Below, piece by piece: positions 41,928-56,416 of a stretch of 64,000 bases of DNA (positions within the stretch are counted from its first letter, which is position 1; the number at the start of each line of letters is the position of its first letter). The stretch covers positions 16,864,001 through 16,928,000 of the forward strand of contig OX597819.1 of the NCBI GenBank assembly GCA_951406725.2. The letters run 5' to 3'. Below the pieces are notes generated by a model. The model ran no database searches and had not been told where the DNA came from. It worked only from the letters and a program-made list of their open reading frames with translations. Source of the stretch: Octopus vulgaris (lineage: Eukaryota). A program made the position numbers and the translations under genes.

Positions 41928-43295
41928 ATATGTTTAGGTCATATAAAAAATCTGAGTGCACTCTGCTTGTTTGTTAAACATTGTTTTACAAATATGATTT
42001 AACATACACATAACACAAGTGTAAAATACAAATTAAAATACAACTATTATTAGTGTATCAACTGTTTTGTCTTATACATGTTTCATGTAGCATCGTGTAA
42101 TCATCAGCGAGAGAAAGAAATGTTCTTGCTTCATCAACTGTATTTACCTGTTCGTTTGGGCTGAACTATATTAGCAATTGGTTTAGAGGGTGTAACTATT
42201 TTTGTAAATCTACCACACAGGGAAAAGTAGTTTTTAAAGAAATTTTCGTACCGTTAGTATTGCGAACTCTCAATATGAATCTGCTATGTTTTTCATATTT
42301 TCTGCATATGTAACTGAAGCCCGCATGCGTTTGTGCATAGGAGTTCGCTTTGAAGCTACGAGGTTTGGTGTTCAATTATACTAAACGGCCCTTGGTCAAG
42401 TGTCATGTATGAAGACTAGTGAGTGAAATCTAGTGGACAGAAGCAGTTGGGAGGCTCGTTAGAGGGACAGTTTCTGTTCTGGGGTGGTACGCTTAATTCG
42501 TTGCTTAGTTTAACCCCACTACCTGGGCTAAGTGTTCTGTCACAGAATAACTTCCTTCCTTTCTTCCTTCTTTCCATTCATCTTGGAGGACATAGAATAG
42601 GCCACGGGTGCTGTTTTTGCTCCAGTGATGAAACCACAAAGAAAAAGACAAGAAAAACAAACAAACCAAACCAAACCAAACCGGTTCTGTACAAAAATAG
42701 TGCTCCCTTGAGAAGGAGCATAATACAAATATTTTTTGTTAGAAAAAAATATTACAGAAATATATAATGCACAGTACTTTGCTTGTAGAATGTATTATAA
42801 ACTAATGGAGTATAATATTTAAAAATATACATGCAAAAACATGTGCAGTTACTAATATTTATATAAATTTAATTCCTTCTTGAGATAGTACACGACGTTC
42901 GTTAAAAGACAACAATATAGATTAATTTTGAATTTAGTTTTCAACTTACTCAGTAAAGTATTTCACTAAAAAGTAAAGATATTGGCTTCTTGCAACAATC
43001 CTTTTTTGTTGAAAAAAGTGAAATGAAATCATAATATGTGGTATTTGTCTAGTAAGAAAGAAACCTTAGCCTCGCTCCGAGGTATTGTTGTTGCGTGTGA
43101 ACAGTGTCGCCATATTGAAAGTAATTGTAGTTTAAATCGAACAGTACTTCGCGACGGTTTTATAATCCTTTTGCACTAACCAAAATGGAGTGATTCCCTC
43201 GCTAAAAGACGAAACTTCGCTCAGTGGAAGTAAGAATTTAAAATTATATACATATATTAGAATTATATATATATAATTCTAATTTCTTGATGCCA

Positions 43296-43437
43296 TAGGT
43301 GCAGATGTGGCTGTGTGTTAAGAAGTTTGTTTCCGAACATCATGTGTGACATCTTGGGCAAGCGTCTTCTATTATAGCCTCGGCCCGACCAAAGCGTTAT
43401 GAGTCAATTTGGTAGATGGAAACTGTAAGAAGCCCGT

Positions 43438-43492
<55 letters not shown>

Positions 43493-43665
43493 GTGTGCGT
43501 ATTTGTGTCTGCTCTCCACCATCTCTTAACAGCCGGTGTGTTTACGTCTTCGTAACTTAACAGTTTGACAAAAGACCGATAGAATTAGTACCAGGTTAAA
43601 AAAGAAAGTAAGTACTAGGGTCGATTCATTCGACTAAAAATTCTTAAAGTCTAATGTCTGAAATA
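43296..43665 (+). mobile_element. tRNA-SINE family 2, near full length
   Basis: GGTGCAGATGTGGCTGTGTG head, CTTGGGCAAG core, internal (TA)n, GACCGATAGAAT..GTAC block. Confidence 0.8.
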
Positions 43666-44548
43666 CATCTGTCTATCAATCAATCAATTGGTTGGATCAT
43701 ATCGATCGTGGTTATTAGCCCGATAGCTTCCAGCATGTAATTGGCCAGCGGTTTACACTGATAAATATCCAATTTTGTACCTCTCCTCTCAAATGTCGCC
43801 TATCGTTATTCTGATGAGATGTTATGCGTTCTATACCTATCCCAGGCTAGTCTGTATTACAGTTCGTATCATCTCCTACGCTTCAAGTCAACTCCAAAGC
43901 TTTTATTTTTCACACATACATATACAGTGGTGAGCTTGAAGCAGTTTGCGCCAGTTCGTGCACACTGATTGTTAATTTTTTTATTGAACGCTACTCGAAA
44001 AAGTTACGTCAATCACACTACAAAGTCAAATGGATCTGCAAGTTCATTTGGCTTTCAAATGTTTCGGAGCGAAAGTAATTACTGCGCTTACTGCAGAAAA
44101 TATTCTACTTCAGTATTAATACAGGAAAATTCTTAAGCTGTTTATTTTCTTTGTGCCAGTAGTGGCTTACATCTCCTCACATTACTGTCATGGCCACGGT
44201 AACCCTATTTTTATGGCTGTTTATTGTACCTGCCTGCCTTCCTGTCGCTCTCCTCCCACAAATATTTCAACCTTGTCGCCTTAACTGGGCCTCGCTTAGT
44301 CGTTTCAGCGATATATCCGTCTGTCTTCCTACCCAAAACTTTTCCTTTTATTCGTCACATTGCTCCCTTCACTTGATATCCTCTCATACCTCAATTAATG
44401 GTGACCCTCAGCGCACTAAATTAATCCCTCAAATCTCATAGTTTTACTTATAATTTCTCACTCTCAAGCGAGATGTCAATACAACGAAACCTTATTAATC
44501 ACAATGCTTACACCAGATAATGTATGGAAGATTATTAATGAATTTCTT

Positions 44549-44617
<69 letters not shown>

Positions 44618-45689
44618 AGATATATGTACATACCATAACATGCAGCTTATCGGCACAAAAAAATAAATGCATATTGCTAAGAAACTGGAAGTGGCGACAG
44701 TGATATCCCATAATTTTATGTATACAGCGTATGTGACATAACCAATGCACAGAACATACATATATTTATTATTACATGAAAATCGTATATATATATTTTA
44801 TATAAGATGGAAGCAATTACATCTACGGGAAGACATTGATTCATGAAAAGATATTCGTGAATAGATTTTCACGATCTCTAAATTTGTTTTGCCTTACATG
44901 CGCATGAAGATATGATGTAAATAAATTATTCGTCCCACATTTTCGTCTAAGTTCCTTCTTGGCGAGCATCCATCACTCTTCTATTGTCTGTGTGTGGATG
45001 CTCTCATCATTTGGACAAATAAAATCGAGTGAATGGTTGACAACTTTATGTTCAAGACCAGCGTAGGAAATCCAACAAACCTTCTTGGCAATATCACATC
45101 ATGCAGTATTTTTTTCAGCTGCTTTTTCTAAAGTACTTAACATATCACTAGAATGGTCTATAGATGTAGATTTTTGTGGACATGAAATAATGAAGGAGTT
45201 CTTTGTTTTCTTGTAATAAAATTTTACTATGTCACTGTCGTCACTTCCGGTTACTATTGTAATTTATTTTCATGTTTTAGGATAGTTTACGTTCACATTT
45301 TTTACGATGGTAAACTGCATGTTAGCCTGCCATACGATGGGCTCCTAAATATTTTGAGTTATAGGAGCGCTGTCATGATGTATACAGCATATGGACTCTA
45401 CCCTCTTCTCTTTCCTCCTTCTCTCTCTCTTTTCTTCATTGGCCATCCATCTACAGTCGATTACTTCCAGAGGAGACAGTTTCAAAGAATGAGTTAAAGA
45501 GAACAATGGACTATAGTACCGGACGTACTTTTTTTTAAAAAATCAAAACTGAGAGGATGAAAGAGAAAGTTGACCATCCGATATTCTAACGAGTATACAA
45601 GCGAGCAAGCTTTTATACAAATGTAAATAATTGGAACATTAGTCTAGGGGCTTGTTTATTCTACATATCTGTCGATATACATTGGTTTT

Positions 45690-46080
45690 GTGAGCACTGA
45701 CTGTAAATGTGTCGGTGTGTTCGTCAGGAGTACATACGAAATTTTCGCACTCTTCATAGAGTAGATAACATTAACAATTTCATTTGGCATGTTATGAGCA
45801 GAGAGAATCTGAAACATTCGCTGAAGGTTGTCAGAGTGGAAAGCGTCGGCGCAGAAACATGTGTTTTTCTTTACTGAGATGATTTTAATGAGTCGACGAA
45901 GAGTTAAAATGAGTTTAAGAGTGGAGCGGCTTTTGCGAAAGCACTTTTGATTTGGCTTGAGTAGTGTTTCGATAGAGTTTCGGATGCAATTGAGCATGAA
46001 ACGCTTGAAAAGTATGACTGAGAATGATATCAAGCCGTATTCTGATTGATCCGCACTTTTTCGGAATACCTTTTCATTAT
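45690..46080 (-). mobile_element. Decayed RTE-like RT fragment (domains 1-3)
   Basis: LLKPNQKCFRKSRST...ILTLRRLI...DAFHS...MFQILSAHNMPNEIVNVI. Confidence 0.75.
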
Positions 46081-46119
46081 AGTTTGGTCTTTATGCAAAT
46101 GCCAACATTCGTATAGTGA

Positions 46120-46255
46120 TAACATGGTCAGCATCAAACTGTAAGAAAATTTGGAAAGCACCACAGCTGTCTCGTAGTTTAAAACTACACTTGTTTCGTG
46201 CTACAATGGAATATGTTCTGCTCTACGCCTCTGGATGCTGGTTTCTTACTATATG
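46120..46255 (+). mobile_element. Decayed RTE-like fragment (post-RT region), opposite strand to its neighbour
   Basis: WSASNCKKIWKAPQLSRSLKLHLFRATMEYVLLYASGCWFLT resembles the RTE motif KIRLFRATVESVLLYGSETWTLT. Confidence 0.7.
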
Positions 46256-47279
46256 ACATATGCCCATGAACTTATGCAGGAGACAGGACTGTTTACTGTG
46301 TCAGAGTTGGCACGCACAGTGTCATCTCGCACAGCCTGGAAGAAAGTTTGTTCTCGAGTTGGAGTCGACGTCCAAGAGTGATGTGGCGTAGACTAAAGAG
46401 AGATAGAGCGAGCGAGTTCATTTTATTTATGAAGACGATTTTTATACAGACTTCTTATGTCTCTTTTTCTTGCCGAGCACTTTACTAAATGCACATCATT
46501 TAGATACGTATACTCGATGAGTTGAGAATATAAAGGCTTCACTATAGTTATGATGCTTTACAATTTTTCGTAAAACAATTAACTTACCAAAGCATGCATC
46601 AAAGTGTAACAGCTCAATCAACAGTTGCGTTCTGATTAATTTCGAATATCTTCACACTGTGCCTATACAAATATTGAACATATATAACGCGTAACCATAG
46701 TTACGAATGTTTTTAATTGTTTTCTAGAAAACGAATCAATTTGCCAGAGGGTTTATCGAAGTGGTACCGGCGATAATATCCTGAATAATTATGAACCACT
46801 TTGCACCCCCACACACGCATACGCGCGCGTGTATATTCATGCGACTGTTATAAAACGTCATTGCATTTATGAATGTTTATCATTTTCCGAGAAATAATTT
46901 GACATGCAAGAAAACATTTTTGCCTCACTCCTTTCTTTTCTCATGAGGCTGGGGATTTCGAAAGACGATTGTATCAAAAATTCAACGATTAGTGTCATGA
47001 CTAATTGCGAACATTGTTACGAAAGCCACAACAACAATCACCGTCATTTGAACTTGCACTGTCATCACAATTGGCAATCATCTGCTGCACGACTAACATT
47101 ACCACTGCCATTACCACAACTGTACAACACTTACTGCATCCATTGACACTACCATTTTCACCACCTCCATCGCTGTCTCAACCAGCACCATAACGAGGAA
47201 CACAACCACCTTCATCATCATCATCATCATCATCGCCGTCGTTGTCGTCGCCGTCTTCCCTCGCATCTGCTGTGGAATT

Positions 47280-48600
47280 CGAACACTTCCTTATCGTGAC
47301 CTCTCAGTCATATCGGACAATGCACGAGCTTCCCATCTCTGACTATGGAAGTCTCTGATTTGTTGAAACTCCGCCAGCTCTATGACTGCCTTTCTCACCT
47401 GACCTATGGAAAACAACTAGGTGGGTGACTGAAACCATCCTCAGCCATGTCCCTCTTCGCTTCCCATGCACAACAAAAACTCTGTCCTACAAACCCCTCA
47501 TATTTTTCACTCATAGCTGCATTTAGCAGATCAAGCTAAAAACAAGGTCTACAATGCCTAGAAAAATTCACCCAGTCACCCAAAACTAGGCCATAATTCT
47601 AGCAAGGCTGCAATCCAAACGTCGAAAGATGTCTACATGCATCGCATAGCCCACAAGTTCTCACCTCTTCCAAGCCGTGGCCTATCGTTCTGGTTCCTTG
47701 TCCAAAGAATTTCCATCCAATTTAATGAATTTATTATTCCCGCCTTAGCGAAGGTGGAGGTAATGTTTTCAGTCGTGTTTTTATTTTGTTTATTTGATTG
47801 TTTGTTTGTTGTCCGTGGACAAGCTATCTCAAGAACCGCTGGATGGATTTGGATGAAATTTTCAGGTATGTTTGGCCTCATGACAGGTACGAACTAATTA
47901 GATTTTTGGGATCGATCCGGTACCGGACAAGGATCCTGGATTATTTGTTATATCTACTTTACATGAAATATTACGTTTTAAGTTTTTCTCTGATTATCTC
48001 CCTTGAAAACACGCTCATGGTTTCCACATAAGTTATGGTGGCGTTGCTGTTTCCAAAGTTTTATTTTCGTTTCTCTATTATTAATTTTACTCGCATCTCT
48101 ATCTTAGTAGAAACTGATGGATAAAGAAATCAAACTACATAAACGAACGGCAGCAAAACCGTTCAGAAATGAAATAACACTAATATATTCAGTAACAATA
48201 AATTTAATTTATCCTCAACAATTTTGAATATATCGCTCCTGTTTAAAACCTCTTATCTACTTGCCAATTGCATTTCTAGCTCTGCCTTGAAGGAAGATTT
48301 ACTTCATGGACTCTACCCTCTTCTCTTTCCTCCTTCTCTCTCTTTTCTTCTCTCTCCCTTTCTCTCTCTGTCTCTAAGGCTGGTCCTTCTTTTCGGAGCC
48401 AGTCTTAATAATCATTGACCTTCTGCAAAGTTCAGTTGAAATTCACAATGGACACTTATCCTGGGATGTGCTGCTGCCGCACACTTAGAGTCTGTGTTCC
48501 ATTCTATGACTTACAGACTCACTGTCTCCTCTCTCCGTCTTCTCAACCACTGGCGCATCCGAACTTTAGAGTTGTTTGGTTTTGTAACATCTCTTCCTAG
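47280..48600 (+). mobile_element. Decayed CR1/Jockey-like LINE fragments interrupted by a HINE-like insertion
   Basis: RIAHKFSPLPSRGLSFWFLVQRIS before 47720; LTFCKVQLKFTMD and SQPLAH after 48415. Confidence 0.45.
47728..48210 (+). mobile_element. HINE/DINE-1-like non-autonomous Helentron-type element (3' boundary uncertain)
   Basis: 5' TTATT start, subterminal hairpin CCCGCCTT-AGCG-AAGGTGGAGG, short (GTTT)n tract, then GGATTTGGATGAAATTTT core typical of such elements. Confidence 0.55.
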
Positions 48601-50664
48601 GCGCAGCAGACTCGTTCATCTCACCTCTTCTGGATGATGATGATGATACATCCACACACATGCACTAGCACACATACGTGAGTACACTCACTCGTGCGTG
48701 CTCACATGCATAAGATGAGGTAAAGGGGTGTCTCATCATGAGAACGCAAGTTGCTAAAGATAGCAACTGCATTTTCCTCGAACCACACCCTGCTGTTTAT
48801 CAAAAAGAAGATATCAATTGTGATCCTAGATAAATTATCTCTAAAAATAAAGGAAAAACAAAACAAAAGATCACTTACTCACAAAACAAACAAAAAACAA
48901 CGAGATGGTCGCGGCTATAATGACTTTTGATCATAGATCTACTTGATCAAAACTGACCTTGGGCTAAACACCATCACTATGACAATCGATATCCCTCCTA
49001 GCCCTTTAGAAGCCTATCTACCACTGCTACTCGTACTTGGATATAGAAATCCTGTGTATGTTGGTTTAGCCATGATCGGACTTCCGTCTTTTCACACCCA
49101 CCCACCTATCACTCCAACATCCCCCTTCCCTCCGTCTCCTTGCTCTCCCATCACTCCAGCATTCATTTCACCTCCTCCCCCTCCTGGTCTTACCATCACG
49201 TTTATATCCAGCCTCCCCATCCTCTCCCTCACATTACTTTCTAACATCTATTCTTTTTCACTCCTCCTCTGCCATCTTTCCAACAACCAATTTCTACCCC
49301 CGCCACTTCATCATCATCATCTTCATCATCATCACGACGCCCCCACCACTTCATTGTCCTATTTTATTCAAACACTTGCTTTTTGTCACTTGCTTTTTGC
49401 TTTGTATGTACTACAGCATCGACCATCTCTGTAATTACCACACAACGCTAACACAATGATACTACCACCAATACTACTAACACATGTCACACCATATATC
49501 TACTACCCCACCAATACTACCACACACCATTCAACTTTCACACAAACTACCTTCACACACGACATGTATACCACTCATTATCACCACCACCACCACCACA
49601 ATACTGTCATCACTACCACTAACAAATGGCACACTACACCGCACACCAAGCTATTACGATGATACATCACATCGCTACCACCATGCCCTGACCCCCACAC
49701 AACACAACCACACACACTAAACAATGATCTCGACGTACCATACCTCTACAAACACACACTACCACAGACCAAACACCACTACCACGTACACAGTACACTA
49801 CGAACAGACACACACACCATACTAAAACCACACGACACACCCACCGTACCTCACTTTACCACCAAACACCATATCACAAACACCGCACTCACCCCACTAT
49901 GGCTACAATACCCACCATACTACCTCACCCACATGCACAACACACATATGCACAGACACACACAGACACACACACACAGAGACACACAGACAGACACACA
50001 CACACATTTGTCCTTACACACTACACAACTATCCTCACACACCACACTACTACTCCTACATACCACACACCAGACCACTACTAGCACCACATCCCGCCCT
50101 ACCCCACATCACTACCATCAACTCGCTCTGTTACCACCACCACCACCACCCACCACCACCACATAACCACGACCATCACCCACCATAGCATTACCACAGT
50201 CAATCACCCCACCATCCTTACTACATTATAAACAACCACATATTACCAAAACTCACCCCAACAAATACTAGCACCCCACCTCGCTAATCACTACAAATAT
50301 AAACTGCCATTATAACCACACCTTCACCACACCATTATTATAACACACCACTACTACTACCACCTCTACTACTGTATTCCCCCACCGCCCCGTACAATTA
50401 CTACCGATGTACTTTTATCATTACCACACCTTCATCTCAACTACACCTCTGTCATCGCACCAACTGTAACAGCCACACAATTACCACCACTATACTACAA
50501 CCATCACATTCTATCACCACACTACTTTCATAACTAATCCACTGCTACCGCTGCTACCATCATATAATGAGGGCACCTTACATATTTGCTCGACCTTCTA
50601 GATACAGCAGGTAAATCTCTTTTAAATTACACCGTACGCGAAAAAGGAGATACTCATGAAAGAT

Positions 50665-51045
50665 GCTAGGTTGGCTGTATATTACAATGGTGCTTACTTA
50701 CAGCTAGATGGACTGTACTTCACTGTATTGCCTGCATTTACATGAACTGTGCCTCATTAGGGTACCTACTTTCAACGAAGTAGACTAACTCACTGTGGTA
50801 CCTACTTACAACTTAGGTGGACTGTATCCCTGTAGTACCTACATATAGCTAGAAACTGTACCTTGCGGTACGTATGGTACATCTAGATGGACTGTATGTC
50901 ACTATAACACCCATCTGACTGGATAGTGTTTCGGTGGCCTTATCACCCTAGCTGTGATACCTATTCGCAGCTGGATAGTTGTAAGTACCTTAAAGAAGCA
51001 ACTTGCAGTTGTTAAGGTTGTACGTTAATATGGTACCCACTTAAA
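50665..51045. repeat. Degenerate ~35-38-bp minisatellite
   Basis: About 10 units resembling GGTACCTACTTACAGCTAGRTGGACTGTAYYTCACTGT. Confidence 0.75.
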
Positions 51046-51083
51046 GGTTTATCCTTTAGACACAGTACATGAAAACCCCAAGA

Positions 51084-51140
<57 letters not shown>

Positions 51141-52423
51141 AGTATTAACATGAATTGAAAACTCATAAACGCGCAGAAAGAAACAAACGTACCAACATAC
51201 ACAGCCACACAAACATGCACAAATACACTGGCATACACACGCACAAACCCGTCTACAAGCATTCACTCAGACATCCTTCAACAAACACATACAAATGCAG
51301 CGACACACACGCAGATGCAGGGCTATATAGGAGAAAGAGAAAGACTAAAAGCCAATTTACCACCACCACCACCACCACCACCACCAGCATCCTTACATTT
51401 TGAACTTTACCTTACGCTCTTCTATACATTTACCCCAGTCTGACTAATATAGCTACTTTTAAGCCACCACCATCCTCCTCTCGTTACCTCAGTTCTACCA
51501 ACACCCCTTCTATATAGTATAGTACTTCTACCTTACCCCTCTGCCCTACATATTGTTCTTTTACCCACTCCGATTACCCAGTTACTTTGAAGCAATCACC
51601 ACTCTCCTCACCCCTCCACTTCCATTCATCTGTAGTATTTCATGTACTATATAGTACTCTTTGTAGTATATACCTCTAATACTTCTATCTCTCTCTCCCC
51701 CTCTCTATTTACAGTACTTCCACCTCCACCTAAACCCAACACTCTACTTTAAAGCTAATCTCCCCAGACATCTCCGTTTCTTTTCCGTTTTGTACCCTCA
51801 ATACTTCTATCACATTCCTACTAACTCTGCAACCCTAAACCTCCCCATCATCCACTGCCTCTTTACCTTCCTTTTGCCATCCCGATACCTGTACTTCTAC
51901 CACAATCTAGTTAACTCACCTATCTTAAACTATAGCCTTTTTATCTCTGTTCTGCTTCTACCATTATTCAACTAACTCCACTATCTTAAACCAAGCACCA
52001 TCCACTTCTTCTTTACCGCACTTTAACTACTGCCTATACCTCTATTTCTCTATATTACTTCTACCACAGTCCAACTAACCTTATTAACTCAACTTCTCCC
52101 ATCCCTTCCCTCCATACCTCATCCTGCCAGCTCAGTCTGTCCTGATTTTCACCTAAACTCCCAACCCGGTTAAACCAGTCCGAAAAAGTATTTGTCTTCG
52201 AACGGACATGACTGATATATGCAGTCTTATGTATGTATGTATGTATGTATGTATGTATGTATGTATGTATGTATGTATGTATGTATGTATGTATGTATGT
52301 ATGTTTCTATGTGTGAATGTATGTATGTATGTATGTATGTATGTATGTATGTATGTATGTATGTATGTATGTATGTATGAATGTATGTATGAGTAATGTG
52401 TATGTGTGTGCGTGTGTGTATGG

Positions 52424-52455
<32 letters not shown>

Positions 52456-52475
52456 ATTTATTATTATTATTATTA

Positions 52476-52518
<43 letters not shown>

Positions 52519-53269
52519 GCGTATAGATGTGTCTTTGTAGGCACACATTTAAGTATGCGTATTATACTGTGTATATGCAGCACAATCACGCAAACACACA
52601 CGTATATACACAAACATACAAACATACCTGCATATATATGTAAAGAGAAAGAGAAAGAAAGGGGAGTGTAAGCTATATAAGTGATTCAAAGGCAGAGTGT
52701 TTCGTGCGGTGCACATATCAAACCTATGTATGCGTGTATGTATGTATGTATGTATGTATGTATGTATGTATGTATGTATGTATGTATGTATGTACGTATG
52801 CATGTTTATACATTTGTACGCGCGCTTGTATGTGTGTATGTGTGTATGTGTGTGTATGCGCGTGTGTGTGTGTGTGTGTGCGTGTTGGACTACATATATA
52901 CATCACTCTAAGACCAAATCTCCGTCAAAATCATTCGTTGGGTAGAGTCTTGAGTGTGTATGTGTTTCCATATGAGTATGTATGTATGTATGTATGTATG
53001 TATGTATGTATGTATGTATGTATGTATGTATGTATGTATGTATGTATGCATGTATGTATGTATGTTTAAGAATGTAAGTGTTTATATCGTCTCACATCAC
53101 ACGCACAGGCGCAATATATATATATATATAGATATATTTGCTTATATACAACTATTTAAGCTGTTACATATGCACATACACATACTTGTATACATACATG
53201 CTCACACGTAGTGAGAGACAATAAAGAAAGAGAAGGAAAGTTAAATTGAGAGAGAGCCAGCACGCGCAC

Positions 53270-53323
<54 letters not shown>

Positions 53324-53562
53324 ACACATAGCATGTGGGGAAAGGCAGAGTATAATGTATATGTTAAGTTAGGAGAAGAGTGCGTATATATGGGAAGTTA
53401 TCTGTGAGTATAAGGCAGAGATTTGTTCCTCTTTCAACGAAATTTGGATAACAGGAATTTTGACTATGTAGTTGGCTAAATTTAGCCCAAACACACCCGC
53501 GCACATATGTATATATTCACACATACACGTTCACCTACTAGACTCTACTAGTGTCTGTTATA

Positions 53563-53628
<66 letters not shown>

Positions 53629-53874
53629 GCGTGCGTACATATGTGTGTGTGTGTGTCTATGTGTGTGGTTATGTATGTTTATGTACACACGTATATATTT
53701 GTATGCATGTGAATATCTATCTACTTACTGAAATACCTGTCGACTAACACATAGAAAAACTCTCGTATGTGTGTTTGTGTGAGAAAGTGTGCATGTATGC
53801 TTCTATGTATATGTGTGTATGTATATGTATAACTATATATCTACTTACACTCGTGCGCGCACACACACCAGTAC

Positions 53875-53976
<102 letters not shown>

Positions 53977-54023
53977 ATGTCTGTTTGTCTATCTACCTAT
54001 CTAACTGTCTCTCTGTCTCTCTG

Positions 54024-54098
<75 letters not shown>

Positions 54099-54200
54099 GT
54101 CTGTCTGTCTATCTATATGTCTGTCTGTCTGTCTGTCTGTCTTTCTCTGTCTGTCTGAGTGTCCGTCCGTCCATCCGTCTATCTATCTATCTATCTTTTT

Positions 54201-54325
54201 TTACGATCCCTTTTGATCGAAAACCTACCCCACCTTTTTTCTTTTCTTTTTTTTCCTCCATAAAAAGAAAAGCTCTACTTTGTAATTTGTCCCGTGTTCA
54301 GCCCTGTGTGGCTAATAAAGAAACA

Positions 54326-54326
<1 letters not shown>
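54201..54326 (+). mobile_element. Short 3' end of the same Tx1-like LINE, inside (TATC)n
   Basis: Same sequence as 8534-8650, with (TATC)n on both sides. Confidence 0.75.
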
Positions 54327-54418
<92 letters not shown>

Positions 54419-54712
54419 GTCTATCTAATAACAGCTGAGCAAGGAACTAAATACGGAACTTGGAGTTGAGTATTTATTTTGTATTCTGTCTGTTTGTCTG
54501 TCTGTCTCCGTCTGTCTGTTTCTGTCTCTGTCTGTCTCTCTCGCACACTCTCTCTCCCTCTCTCTCTCTGTTTGATTATGGGGATACGTGTATATGGTTG
54601 CGCGTCGAAAATAACTCAACCATTGAATGATAAATCTCCTTACATACACTGATTTCAATGTATTATATACACTTGTATATAATACAAGTATATATCTGTT
54701 TGACTTTCTTAG

Positions 54713-54779
<67 letters not shown>

Positions 54780-56416
54780 GAGAGAGAGAAAGTGCGAGTG
54801 TACTGAAACATTCAAACACCCTTATGAAAATCTTTCTCCCCACCATTTTCATTTGCCAAGGAAAAGCAGGTAGCTTGCCCCCGTTAGTTGTAGCCGATCG
54901 TGAGATTAGAGAAAGAGAGAGAGAAAGAAAGAAAGAAAGTGATAGTGAGAGAGAGAGATAAAGTGAGAAAGAAAGAAAGAGAGTGTGTGAGAGAGAGAGG
55001 TAGGGAAGCTCTGCTTTACAAATTCTGTGAATGGTAGATGATAGGAATGAACATGGGTAAGAATGGGGTTTAGAGGTGAAAGCGGGCATATCTTCGGGTC
55101 TGACTGAAACTGTACTGTTCATGGTATGTGAAATGATAGTGCATTGTTCATCCATCATTGCTTAACTCTCTTTTCCATGTTCTTCATAATTTTGTCAAAT
55201 TTTAAAGAGGTTTTATTGTGTGTGTCTGTTTGTCCCTGTACCTCCTTTCTCTCTCGCTTACTGACTACTTGTTGAGTCGTTGTGCACTCTCACTGATAAA
55301 ACAGTTGAACTAAATAGTTGAACTTACTTAGTTCAACTATTTAGTTTGCACTGTCTGGGTTCATAGAAGTCTATCTATCCTATAGATCATGGAATGTATT
55401 TAGACATCCCAGTTTATCATAGAACCCAGCAGAGCACTCTGGACGTATTTTTCACTACTTCTCTGGGACAGTTTATCATTTCTCGGAGGTATTTCATAGA
55501 GTGACCCTCTGTATCCCTCTGTATTTCATAGAGTGACCATTCCTTTTCCCTTGACTGTCAAATTTATATACCAGCCTCTCGTGATTTCAACAACTGTTTA
55601 TATATATTGTGAAAATAAATGAGTAACTGTTGAACTGCAGCCGATGAGGTGAACGTTCACTGAAAGAATTAGAAACAATATGTGAAAAATTCCATATTTT
55701 CTTTACTTTTCAACTTTAAGATCCAGTCCTCTCATTCATCTTATTCACATAGAAATAATGTTAAAGCTGTGACTCCCTGTTTGATTGTTTTGCAATCTCC
55801 TGTTCCTCGGTAGTAAGACTTAATTCTATAGTAAACATTCGAACCAAGTCTCGATTTGGGGATAACTTTTTTCCTCCTTATAATTCACAGAGGTTTTAAG
55901 AAACTGTCTTGGGCTCTGATCTCTGGTTGATTGATTAAAGAATATACTGCTTTCATAAGTACTCAATTTTGTAAAAGGTGGTTGTAATGTTGACTGTTAT
56001 TTTCCAGTCAAGTTTTGTTTTATGCTGTGTGATATAGCTCGTTGCAATTGCTTCTTGTAAGTGCATGGTGAAACAGGAAAAGATTGTTCCACTTACAGGG
56101 AAAATGTTAGAGGGAAGTATACAGTTTTCACAATTGCAATTAAATTTGTAAATCACATTTGCAGCATTCCCAGGTTTGCAAGCCTGTTATTTGTTTCTGA
56201 TAATGAAGTTTTTAATTATAATGTTTTTGTAATATATAATTAATGCTAATATATAATTGTCTGTAAGACATTTTCTGTTCTGTCTTATGAGTACTTTTTT
56301 TAATCATATGTTCTTCTTTTCAATAGCTAGTGTGCATTTAGTTAATCATATGTTCATATATTCAATAGCATATTTGGTTCGCAAATACTTAATGTGTGGT
56401 TTGTTTATAAGCCAAG

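Noticed and set aside
50665-51045. CRISPR-like periodicity of about 36 bp
   Set aside because: Units are contiguous and degenerate with no unique spacers or cas genes; eukaryotic context.
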